From Blasia pusilla (taxonomy: Eukaryota): 64,000 nucleotides of DNA. Each line of letters opens with the position of its first letter. Positions within the stretch are counted from its first letter, which is position 1. Where the stretch lies: NCBI GenBank assembly GCA_050084515.1, contig CM114271.1, positions 682,001 to 746,000 of the forward strand, read 5' to 3'. The notes below the pieces were generated by a model. It searched no databases and was not told where the DNA came from. It saw only the letters and a program-made list of their open reading frames with translations. Of the stretch, positions 1 through 11,030 are shown piece by piece. Both the position numbers and the translations under genes were made by a program.

Positions 1-328
1 TCTTAACTCAAACATTCTTCACATCTTGTGAACCTACGATTGATTAGGTAATCCCCAAGACAACTTGGAGGAGTCTCATGGCAAATTCTGCCCATCATGA
101 CTTCCCTAAATTCACCTTGATATTTTTTTCCCATATTTTGCAATTCTCATGACTAATGCCAATCTTGTCTCTAGCCATATTGTGTCCAACCGTTGTCTTA
201 TTGACCCTCATCTTTCAAAGTCTATCTCAACTACATCTAAGGTTCGTTGTCCATTCTAGTCTTAGGATTAGCTAGTCTAGGATTTGTGACTACTCTCATG
301 GTATCTCGGCCATCTCGACTATTTCTAA

Positions 329-3132
329 TGTCATGACTCTCATTACCAGACATGCACCAACATGAAAAAGTAGAATTCTTGTGGATTCACACAAGAACAT
401 AAATATGTCAATTCCAATGCATCAAAGATGCAAGTGAACACAAAGCAAAAGTCCTACATCAAGCCTAGACCTAACCTAGGAATGATGGTTTGGGTTGAGC
501 GCCACAAGGAGTCCCCCAAGATAAATTCTTCACATAATAGCATTAGTCTTCTCAGTATAGATATTCCTAATCTCCTTTATCTATTCATAATCAACTGGTA
601 GATGACCAAGAGGTCAGTTGAAGTGACATAACATTCCCCCAAAGAGATTTTTAGTTCAACTCTCCCCTTAGACAGTCTGAGGCGGTCTCAACCCCAAGGT
701 AGTGACATCCGCTACCTAGGGCATGGATGATCCATATTTGAGAGAGTATGCCTTGTGTGCCTTTAAAAAAGTATATGACTTGACTATCTCTCGAGTCCAA
801 AATTCAAGGAAATTTTCTAACCCTTCATTGAAAAAACAAATTTCCTCCATTGAAATCCCAAACATAAATGTTTGGAATGTGTATGTGAAGGTGTCTGTTA
901 GATGTGATGTCAATATCACGTGTCTAGGAGTCGCATGTGCAAAGTAGGCTTCGCGTGGCCTAGAAATCAAATTCTTAATTCAATTCTCTTGAATCTATGC
1001 TCATCCAATATAGTTTCGACTTCAAATTCTTCTTGGTCCTCAACTATGCCTTCTCCAAGATGGATCTTGATTGACCCCAAGTGTGTTTAGTTCACTCACA
1101 TGGAAAGCATCATGAACTCTCCTCATTTACAACAGAAACCTTCACTAGTATGATGTATCCTTAGCTCTTTCATTTACTTTGAAGAGTTCGGCATACCTTG
1201 GCATCATCTTACCAGAAAAACTTAAAGGTATCTTGTGGGGCGTTAGTCTTAGTTAGACACGATCCATAACTTCAAAGCTCACATCTCGCCTATGAACATC
1301 AGCTTGTCACTCATAGCGACATCGATCGTGCACGTTCTAATTGAGGACCTTGAAGCCTGTGTATAGTCCTACAACCACTTTGCCAAGAAGTCTTCCACGG
1401 CTTGCATAGTAATCCTCACTTAAGATATTCTTCGTTCTTCTAACCATGTTGGATTCTTTGGATTGAACCCAATCACCCAAAAAATATTTGGATCCTATCG
1501 TCAAATATATGAAGTTATTATACTTGAACTCTACGATGGAAAAGTGAGTTCCCTAATCCATTTGATCTATTGAAACATAATTTGTAGATAATCCTCGCAC
1601 GCTAAGTTTGCACATTTCGCTTGAACCACTGGCATGTTTGTGGAGATCTCCGGACATGTCTATTTCCGTGCAACCTTGGACTGAGGGTTTAGGGTTTATG
1701 GCATTATGTTCAAATGCATGGTTACCCAAACGTAGGAGCAAATCCGCTCCCAACATCTAAAACTTGGAGACAAATTTGGTATCTTGGTCGAAAACTAACT
1801 CACTTGGTAAGCCCCAATATCTAAGACATCCTTAAAGAAAATATGAGCCATTTCCAATACCTTAAACCGTGTTTCGAGTTGGAAGAAAAATACCCATCTT
1901 ATAAAATTGATCTATCACCATCATGATTGAATTCAATCCCTTTGTCTCACAAAAAAAGACAATGAAATCCATAGCAAAACTTTTATATGGTTCACGAGAA
2001 ATCAACAAAGGTTGAAGGAGTCTTAGCATCTTATTGTAGTCCGTTCGATTCCTTTGGCAAACCAAACTTGATTGGACATATTTTATAGTATCCTTGTCTT
2101 GAGATGGCCAAGAGTAATACTTCTTGACAATCTCCATAGTCAATATTCAACTTAAATGTCCAAACCAAAGTGCATCATGGTGGACCTCGGAAACCTTAGT
2201 CTTGAAACTCTCAAGAACATAGATCCTTCTTTGCTTCCATTTCAATCTATGCCTTTAAGTGTGACATGCCACACACTTGCTCTCGTCTTTAAAGCTCTAA
2301 CTATCCTTGGTTTGTTTCATTATCTTGGTAGGTTGCTCTCACCAAGTCTCTCCAATCCGTTTCCAACACCCAAGTTCCTCTTAAGTATAGTTCCCGCTTA
2401 CTCAAGGTATCCACTACCATATTCTCCTTTCCTAGCCTATAAATGATTTCTATATTTAATCTTGCTAAGTTATCTTGCCAATAGAGTTTTTTTCAATGAT
2501 AACTTGTTTAGACTTACAAAATATTAGCAAATGATGCTTTCACTGTGAACTTTGAAATACGGACTATGTAGCAAGCATAATTCCCACTTCTTGATGTAAT
2601 GAATCTTTGCATACATCTCCCTCTATGAATCGTTGCATACATTGCCAATTGTTCTCCAACTTGCCAAACTCATAAGAGACCGGTCCATTTTTTTTGGTTC
2701 AGTACTCCCCCTATCGCAAAGTCTAATTAAAGTCTTAAGTTCTCCCCCTTCTGGAATTCAGATTTTGGTAATAACCTTACCTTAGATCTATCTTGGAGAA
2801 ATACTTGGATCTCACCACCACATGAAACAAACCATCTACCAATGGCAACGGATATTTGTTCTTGATGGTCTTTTTGTTCAATGCCTTATAATCATTCGCA
2901 ATCGTAGAAGCCCCTTTCTTTCAAGATACGAAGGAAGGGGTCCCAAAAGCTAACTTATTTATATGAATGAACTTGCTTTTTCCAATTCCTTGATATGCTC
3001 GTACATGAGATGTCTTTGTTGGGGAATCACTCTCCATGAGTTTCTTGCAATTGGGACCATTTTGGGTTTGAGTTCAATCTTGTAATCAATAATATCTCTC
3101 CTCAATGGTAATCCTTTCAGAAGCTCCTTGGT
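329..3132 (-). mobile_element. Decayed Ty3/gypsy chromovirus-type LTR retrotransposon, 3' part (RT-RNaseH-integrase-chromodomain, probable 3' LTR 329-707)
   Basis: Minus-strand translation gives RT start TKELLKGLPLRRDIIDYKIEL...DYKALNKKTIKNKYPLP (3132-2840). Integrase zinc/core fragment YSWP..KYVQSSLVCQRN..MDFI..MVIDQFYK (ORF 1862-2143). Integrase C-terminus ADVHRRDVSFEV...VHDAFHVSEL (~1300-1090) and chromodomain start EEFEVETILD (~1030-1000). Segment 707->329 is bounded by TGTCA...TGACA. Many stops and frameshifts. Confidence 0.8.
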
Positions 3133-6100
3133 TATACAAAAAGATGCACTTCGATAAAAACGAGTGATGGAAAACCCATCGGAAGTACAAAAGAGGGGGA
3201 CTCAAAGAGTCAAAACCTGAAGGCCACAACAAGACCGAGAGAAAAGGAAGAAGGGGCATTCCCCCTAACGATTTAAACTCACCAACAAAGCAGAGACAAT
3301 ATCAGCAACAACAAGAGAGCTATGACTACTACTAAGTGGGCCTCTAGGGCGGCGTCTCCCACACCTGAGCCGCCGCAAAATCCCATTAGCCTGGGCACGT
3401 TTGCAACGCTATGGAGACCCGCGCTACAATCAGAATCGCGAGCTAAGGACAACCCATTTTCGAGTGGAGATGATGGGGCGCGATCCGTAATGAACGCAGT
3501 CGAACCTCTCCCCCATAGCCCCATACATCTCTATGGCGGGGGATGAAGATGTGTCCCTCGTGTAGCCGAATGTAGATATGTGTCTTCTTCGCCGCCGCTC
3601 CTTATAGCATTCGCCCTTGGGCCATCACTTGGGCTCATGACCGCCTCCCGCGTAGGGATCTGTGACTACCACGTCCGCCACCACCACCTCAGCCTCACGT
3701 GTCATGTAGAGATCGGCACGAATGAGGGAATCCCGCATGGAGTAGTGCCTCTCTCTGCACATGGAAGCCACTCTCCCGAGCAATCTGAACATGATATCCC
3801 GCCTTTGCATCGTGAGTGGCTATCCTCTCACCCCAATCGACAGCGTGCCAAATGCACACCAAGTGGATCCAGGCTCGGCGACACTCGCGGTGTGTCGAAC
3901 CAACCACCGATGGTTGGGGAGGCCCAAGCGGAACCGCATCATTGTGGTATAGGTAAGTGGTGCGATCACGGAAAGCTGGAGAAGGGGCCCCTACCCATGA
4001 GCCTGCCCCTTTCCGAGCAAGAGCGAACACGGGCCCTAACCTCCATGGGGATATTCCCGTCGGACATAGTGCCTCTAAAACTGCCTCAAAGTGGGCTTCC
4101 ATCAAGGAAGATTGGAGCCAGGATCCGACCGGAGGTAACTAAGGAGGAGAAAGTGGGGAGAACGGCTCGGCCTCAACTCGAGGGGAATCTCTACAAGTGT
4201 GAGTGAAGACTGAAGTGGGAAAGAGCCATCCTCGACACTGGGAGGCGTAGTGTAGAAGGAGTGGTCTATCTCTAACCAAAAATCGGGAGCAAAGGAGGGG
4301 TGCCACTTTGTGGCCCAACTCCCTAAAAAAGCGGAGGGCGCCACTAACTCGGTCGAGAAAAGACCTACTCCACCAAAAGAAATTGGCCAAGAGGCCTGTC
4401 TACGAGCTAACTCCCCCATGGGGCACTCTAAGGAGCCGGGTCCTAGAAGATCCCCAAACACCTGCATGAGCTTCCTATCAAAGGATCTATATAGGGAAGA
4501 AAGGTGACTAGATGTCCAGACAGTTCTAGTGAGGTAACCAGGTCTACGAGCAAAACAAGAAGAGAGAATGCCGAAGGCGACTTGAGGGTCACCAATCCTC
4601 GTAAGATCATCCACGTGGAGAAGATCCTCGGTAAGAGCCGTTGCCACGAAACTCGATACAAAGTCCTGGCTCCCGAGCGGGACTCCCAAGACTCGAAGCC
4701 CTCCGACAGGTCGCAAGAAGCCGTCGGGTAAATGTAGATCATCACGTTGGCCTGATGGAGACCAAGCCTTGCACTTCCCCACCTTCACCGCCAGGCCGAC
4801 ACGTGCCAGTTGTGCTGAAAAGTGCTCGAATGCAGGGACAACCAGATCTCCAGGACCAAAAATATGAGTATCATCTGCCAGCGAAGGGAACATGCAACCC
4901 GGGAAAGCCTCCACCATAGAAAGAACCGCTCGGTAATGAGCCACAGCAAACAACGCGCCACCCAGAGGGTCACCCTGACGAGTCTCGGTAGCAGACTCCA
5001 AGACCATGACCTCCTCCTCGAATCGACCATGGTGGAAATAGAGGGCCGAAGGGGCCCCATAGAAAGCCTGCACAAAGGGAATGAGGCTCGCCATGGGGCC
5101 ACCCGCGTCCCTCAACTCTGTGAATATAGTAGCCCGAGATACTGAGTTGAAGGTGTTCTCCACGTCCACTTGGAGAACCACCCACTCTGGATGTACATCT
5201 AGACAAGCCCTCAAACCTAAGGCAACCGTCTCACATCCGGCTGGCGTGGCAACTCCAAACTGATGCGGACTCAGATGTGACTAGAAAGCCTCACGGAATT
5301 GCAAAGCGAGAGTACGACTCACCAACCGCAAGAGCACCTCACCTATGGCAATCGGACGGATACCACCACCCTCCTTCGACAACGCCAAAAGTCATCCGGC
5401 CCCTAAAACTTGGGCCACTGCTATTGGCACTCTCCCCTGAGCTAGGTGAGAGGCAACCTGAAGCAACTCGGAGAAGCCGCTAGCGGTGTCCTCGGAAGGA
5501 AAGCAATCACGAAGGTGTTCGTACATCATACCAGACAAACCTCCGGCCGCAATCCTCGGAGAAACCCAGTGCCCGTGCAAAGAGGGACGGGTCAAGGCAT
5601 ATAGCCGTGTCGAGGATGGAAGTCACGTGCAAAAGCTGGAATGTCAACATTTGGGCGAGGATGTAGCCTCGGAGGGCATCGATGGTAACGGTGAAGAAGG
5701 AGCCATGTCCATCGGGCGAAGAGCACGTGCAGCTCGCGAGTACTCACAGGCTCGCCCCAGTGTCCTACATTGTCGCAACCTGGCTGCTCCAAGATCGTCC
5801 ACCGGGAAACCAGGTGAACTACTACCTCTGGCGAATGCCACAAACTCACTCTGCAGAGACTCCCAATCACCTCCTTGAAAGCGTCTCAGACGTGCCATAA
5901 CCTCTCTATGATCGGCCTTCCCTCCCCGAGTGTAACGAAGACACCATCATGGAAGGAGAAGTAGTAGGTACCAAGAGAGCTCGTCCATAGGATCAAGAGT
6001 GATCCTAGCTAGGGGAAGGAGGAATGCGTGGCGGAGGTCGTCCCGAATGGCATGGGGGATCCTACGAAACAACCTCGGGCAGGGAAAACGAGTCTCGAAG

Positions 6101-7045
6101 AGACCTATAATGCTGCCCTGATGGGACCTCAACCACTCCCATGCCTCAGGAGGGGGCGATGATGCGGGAAGCACCGGAGAGCATCCATGGTCGACAGGAG
6201 GGACCACCCATCCAAATCTATCAAAGTCAGGATGTTTAGCCGCTAAGTGGTTCCGAATTCCTGAACGAGTGAAGAATTCGGGACAACATGGGCATTTAGT
6301 ATCCCGACTAGACGACCCACGGGTCCCCACACGGGGAGCCGATGCGGGTCGAGGCATGGATACAACTCACCAAGAAGAGGACATGGCCCCCTCCAATAAA
6401 ATCGTGCGACAATCCCCCGTCAATAACAGTCCTATCATACCCATTCAAACAAGCGGTCTTGGCAAACAACTCTCGTCCCGTCCACGGTAATGCTCCCTCT
6501 AACATAAACTCTCACCTACTGACATCACCTAGGACTTCTAGTCCCAACCCCCTCCCAAAAATAAACTCATGAATACGTAGAGTTGCTAAGAGTGTGAAAA
6601 GATCATGGGCCCTTCGAGATAAAATAGATGAGAAGAAAAGTGTATGTACGGGAGGGGTAACAAATACAAAAGTGAATCGAACCACAATGAGAAGCACATA
6701 CGACAAATACGACAAACAAGAAAGGACTTGGGAAAGGAGGGGAAGGGTGGGTGAATAGGGGACGTTACCTTGGGAAATTTCTCCAAATGACAATAAGCAA
6801 AACCCTATTACTCACATTTGGAACCCTAATATGAACCGAAATCTAAAAAGATGAAAAAAAAATAAAAATACTTCACGCCATGCAGCAAGGTCCAGATCAA
6901 AACGAAGCCCTCGTCACGCTCTCCGTTTCGACATGTAGCACGTCCATTTTTGTCCCCGACACGCTCCGTCCGTCCTCCCACCGTCCCCGTCCATGCCTCC
7001 CGCCGTCCCCGCCCAAAATCGCGTCAAAGTTCCGTCACTCCAAAA
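3133..7045 (-). mobile_element. Near full-length CRE-clade non-LTR retrotransposon (single ORF: C2H2 zinc finger - RT - CCHC-like knuckle - restriction-like endonuclease), disrupted
   Basis: ORF from ATG 6357 to ~3265, broken by a few stops and 1-bp shifts. Motifs: CPCCPEFFTRSGIRNHLAAKH zinc finger; AAGGLSGMMYEHLRD; RPIAIGE; QFGVA; VLQVDVENTFNSVSR; RQGDPLG; SLADDTHI; GGVGL; GAGSW; ERIATHD; RADLY..VADVVVTDP (RLE). Removing 3133-7045 rejoins the flanking gypsy in frame (GDVM|TKEL). Confidence 0.85.
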
Positions 7046-7270
7046 CATGACATCCCCAAAACTTTCCAAGACTTCCTTATGCTAGGCATGAGATTCCCAT
7101 TTATTTCTTCCACTAGTGGTACTCCATCTAATTCAAAATCCAACGTTTTCAATGTAACTCCCAACAATAGTAACCTCCTTTGAGATCCTTCTTGAGTTTT
7201 TTTAGCAATCAAGTGAGAAATATATTTAACTTCAATCACCTTTAAAATTTGAGTCTTAGGTGGGAACATA
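7046..7270 (-). mobile_element. Continuation of the chromovirus-type gypsy pol (protease-RT linker) split by the CRE insertion
   Basis: Minus strand reads HKEVLESFGDVM and continues in frame with TKELLKGLPLRR at 3132. Confidence 0.7.
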
Positions 7271-7274
7271 TCAC

Positions 7275-8650
7275 CAATAGGTTAGTGATGTAGGCCAAGA
7301 TGATACTAATCGATGTCGAGTCCTGCATATGGCATCTTGGTTGGTGAACGAGTGTTGTATCCAATGGGACTTACCTTGGATTACAGGGAGAAGATAACCT
7401 CCTAACTATATGTTAAGACAACATTCCATCAATGGAAGAGTTAGCTTGTTGCCAAAATGATTCAATAGTGGAGAGATCGAGTAATGATCAATGTAGGAGG
7501 GCCAAGGAGGCACTTTTATTAGTATTCGGTAGTGTCATCGTCTAACAAGGAGAAGGTCATGTCCATGCGAGGGACGCACTCATGACCAATACCCCTATGG
7601 AAAGAAGTGTCAAAACAAACTCATCATTCTATGGAGGAGAGGTGCTTTTTTGGGAATTGAGTCAAACTTTTGGATGTTTAGTCGATGAGCATAAACGAAT
7701 GGTGTGGAGTCAGACCTTTATGCTAGGTTGAGATAGATTATATGACTCTTAGGTAGGAGAAAATGTTGCATTGCCATCCTTAGACACCACATTGATTATG
7801 TGGCATATTCTTAAGAAGGATATGAAAGTGTTCAATCTCTACAAGGGAATGAACATTTGGTTGGTTGTGATGTTCGCACCATTATTTCTTACTATGTCTT
7901 CATACTATATATAATTTAGGTAAAGTGATGGACTTAAACTTCTTGACATGGATTATCCATTAAGAAATAGTTGAACAACGTCAGATACAGTTGAGACAAG
8001 TCATCTCTAAGCCACTTGTAAGCCCCTTGCATACCAAGGTAGAAAATGAAGTGGTTGGAGGCAAGACCAAAGGAGATTGGGAGAGACATCCATGGACTTC
8101 TTATGATGTGATACAAGTATACGGAGAGATGGCAGCCACTACAGTTGGCATGGTGCGGCTCTATGCACCAAAGAGCACCTGCCAAGACTAGTGAAAATGT
8201 CGCATGGAAAGTATGCATTTTCCATAATTATGTGAGCCAAGAAGGATGTGCATGGTATTTGGATGGATAGGGAGACATACGGAGAATACAGACCTATCAA
8301 TTGGTAGACAAACTCTGATAGGCATGTATTACCCACTCTTGAAGAGATCTTTGATCTCAATATTATTGGAGATGCAAAGGTCTTTAGTTGAATAAATCTC
8401 CAAGCCAGATATCATTACAATCAACTATATATCAAAATAAAGCATGAGATTTTGGGGTATCAACCATCACAAGAAAGATTTTTGCACTAATAGAGAATCT
8501 TACCATTTGGGTCAAAGAATGCTCTATAGAGTTTAAAAGAGTCATGGATATGATCTTTTCACGCTTGGAATTTTCTAGGTATTACATCGATAACATCATA
8601 GGCTTCAAGATCATGGTTAAAAAGCCTAAATAATATCTTGTAGAGATGTT
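7275..8650 (+). mobile_element. Old, internally deleted copy of the DNMT-carrying gypsy family (protease end, DNMT motif I and X remnants, RT N-terminal half)
   Basis: Collinear similarity to 49050-51720: protease tail, MKVFNLYKGMNIW (vs IRVLDLFGGINIG), LGKVMDLNFLTWI (vs LGQAMDLNSLTWI), linker VVGGKTKGD..HPWTSYDV (vs MAGGETQGD..HYWTPWDV), RT AKKDVHG..LPTLEEIFD. Confidence 0.75.
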
Positions 8651-8671
8651 TCGTATATTACATACTTAGTT

Positions 8672-9170
8672 GATGATCATAGTTATTTGGTCATTTTTAT
8701 AAGTTATATTACCAAATTAGTTATTAATGTTTGACATAGATAGTCAAAAGTATGTCTTAATGAGTAACAAGTCATTTCTCATGACTTTTCAAGTATTCCT
8801 TATGATTCGTTATTATATATGTGTAAAAATTAAAAAGTTGGAACATTTGTTCTAGAGACAAAGGCTCCAATTTCCATCTATAGATCTTAAATGATTTCCA
8901 CACCATATATGGCCTTTAGATTGATCATAGCTTTTTGGTCATTTTTATGAGTTATACAACCAAATTAGTTATCAATGTTTGTCATAGATAGTCAAAAATA
9001 TGTCTTAATCATTAACAAGTTATATCTTGTGACTTTTCAAGTAGTCCCTGTAACTTGTTATTATATATGTAGAAAACTTAAACACCTTGAACATTTAGTG
9101 TTTACATAAAGGCGCTCGAATTTCCATCTATATATCTCAAATGATTTCCACACTATATCTCGCCCTTAGA
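8672..9170. repeat. Diverged tandem duplication, ~249 bp x2, AT-rich
   Basis: gatcatag..ttggtcatttttat..ccaaattagttat..gatttccacac..ttaga occurs at 8672-8920 and again at 8921-9170. Confidence 0.8.
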
Positions 9171-10233
9171 TAAGTATGTTATTTTTTTTTTAAATTAAAG
9201 TCAAATGATGCCCTAGAAGGGAGTTAAAATTGGAAACCCTAATAGTGGAGCAAAAGTTTTACCTCACAGTCTTTTCACTTGCCATATGACATAATCTAAT
9301 TCTTCCAAATTGTAATGCACTTCATACCCTTCCTCTAAGTTCCTAGAGCCATTCGACGATACAAAGATGGAACGTCTTGGTAAGTTTGTGGATTGGTTGG
9401 GCTTATAGAGAAGATCCTACAACATTTACACATTTCGTTAGATCTTCCAAGGATGATAAACTTTTTTCAAGTTTCCTTGAAGCGGAGAGGTTCTCTAATT
9501 TTTTTAGAGCATTTCGTTTTCAAGATGTGGCTTTAAAATCCAAACTTCTCATTTTAGCATTGGTTTCTAGCCCAAAGAAGTTAGTTGATGTTGTTGAAGT
9601 TAATCCAAGTTTCATGGTGGACATCTCCATAAGGTTACCAAAAACACCAAACTCAGAGTAAGTTTTAAATATGCTCTACTTGAAAATACCCTTAGTGTTT
9701 ATAGGCATATTGCACCATTCGTGCTTATTAGGAAGGATGAGACACCATCCACCCTCAATCATCCTTCCACACCCATAAAATATATGTCCTCTCCGATCTA
9801 AACCTTCAAACTCTCGATAGGATATGATCTTGCTAGCTCCCTAGTACTCATTTTGCTCGCTATAATGACAATACATAGGTACTCCACAACCTCCTCATCA
9901 TCATGGACATCACAAATAAATATCTTAGTCTCATTAGGCTCTACATTTGAGGACTCATTGTGTGGCTTATCTATTAATATTGATGGATCATATTGACTTG
10001 ACACAATCAATAGACACAATAAGGAAAATGCAAGCTAACTTGGTACTATCTCCTTGTCGCTCTCTTGATGCCATCAAGTTCTTATCTCAACTCTCTAGCT
10101 AATGAATGGGTTTTGACTCAACCCATTTGTATGCTCATTCAAACAATTTGGCCTATGAATAAGAAGAACTCGTACTTGTAAGAGTTTTACTTCAACTATG
10201 TAGTGTGTCTAGATTAACTAAAAAATCCATAAT

Positions 10234-10700
10234 AAACTCACATCCCTTGTCATATTCTAATTAAGCACCACTCCTAGAACAAACTATACCCCAATCTATA
10301 AATAGTTGGAATAGAAACCTTTGGACACGTCTTCGTAAAATAGGCGAGAAAGTCAACATATCCTTAAGCTCCTAAATTGGATGAAAGAAGTCACAATGAA
10401 CTCCCATCCCTCATCATTTCCTAAGTAAGCACCACTCCTAGGACTAACAATCTCCAATCTATCTGTAGATGGAAAGGGAAATTTTGCATCGATCTTTGTC
10501 GAATAGGAAAGAAAGTCATCATATCCTTAACCTTCTAAATTAGAGTAAATAAGCCACGAAAAACTCCTATCCATTGTCATTTCCTAAGTAAGCGCCACTA
10601 CAAGGCCCAATATACTCCCATTTGTATGTAACTAGAATGGAAAACCTTTGAAAAGTCTTTGTAAACTTGGAAAGGAAGTTAATATATCATTGAGCTCTAG
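10234..10700 (-). repeat. Triplicated ~163 bp segment encoding the RT-connection/RNase H start of the decayed gypsy
   Basis: Three tandem units share aactc..atcc..tcat..cctaagtaagc.ccact. One unit translates on minus to ELNDILTSFPSLQRLFKGFPF*LHTNGSILGLVVALT, like LKDRLTSAPILRRSIRGRLFQMHTDWSMLGLGAVLT at 52085. Confidence 0.7.
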
Positions 10701-11030
10701 GAATGCTCTCTCCTAATTTTCTCCTCAATACCATATCAAATCAAACCTCATTAGCAAGGTTCTAGACTTTGCATTTATACTGAACCCCTTGACATATGGT
10801 TGATACAAATTTTCTAATCTTAGAAATATTCACAATTGACTCATATCTATAGGGGCTAGTATACGCATAATTGTCTCACATTTACTTGCTACACACCTAA
10901 CCTCTTAACTATATGATATGACGCCAAATACTTTATCTTACTGAGGTAAAACCTACAATTTCCTAGATCTAACTTCAATATATGTAATTGCAATTTCCAA
11001 AGATCCTCTTCCAAATATTGTTAACCTTCA

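Noticed and set aside
3133-3137. TSD for the full-length CRE insertion
   Set aside because: The five extra bases (GTATA on minus) only loosely resemble the other flank (GTCATG); cannot be called.
3580-5878. Long plus-strand ORFs (e.g. 3580-4206, 5486-5878)
   Set aside because: Antisense shadows of the GC-rich CRE ORF; no recognisable motifs.
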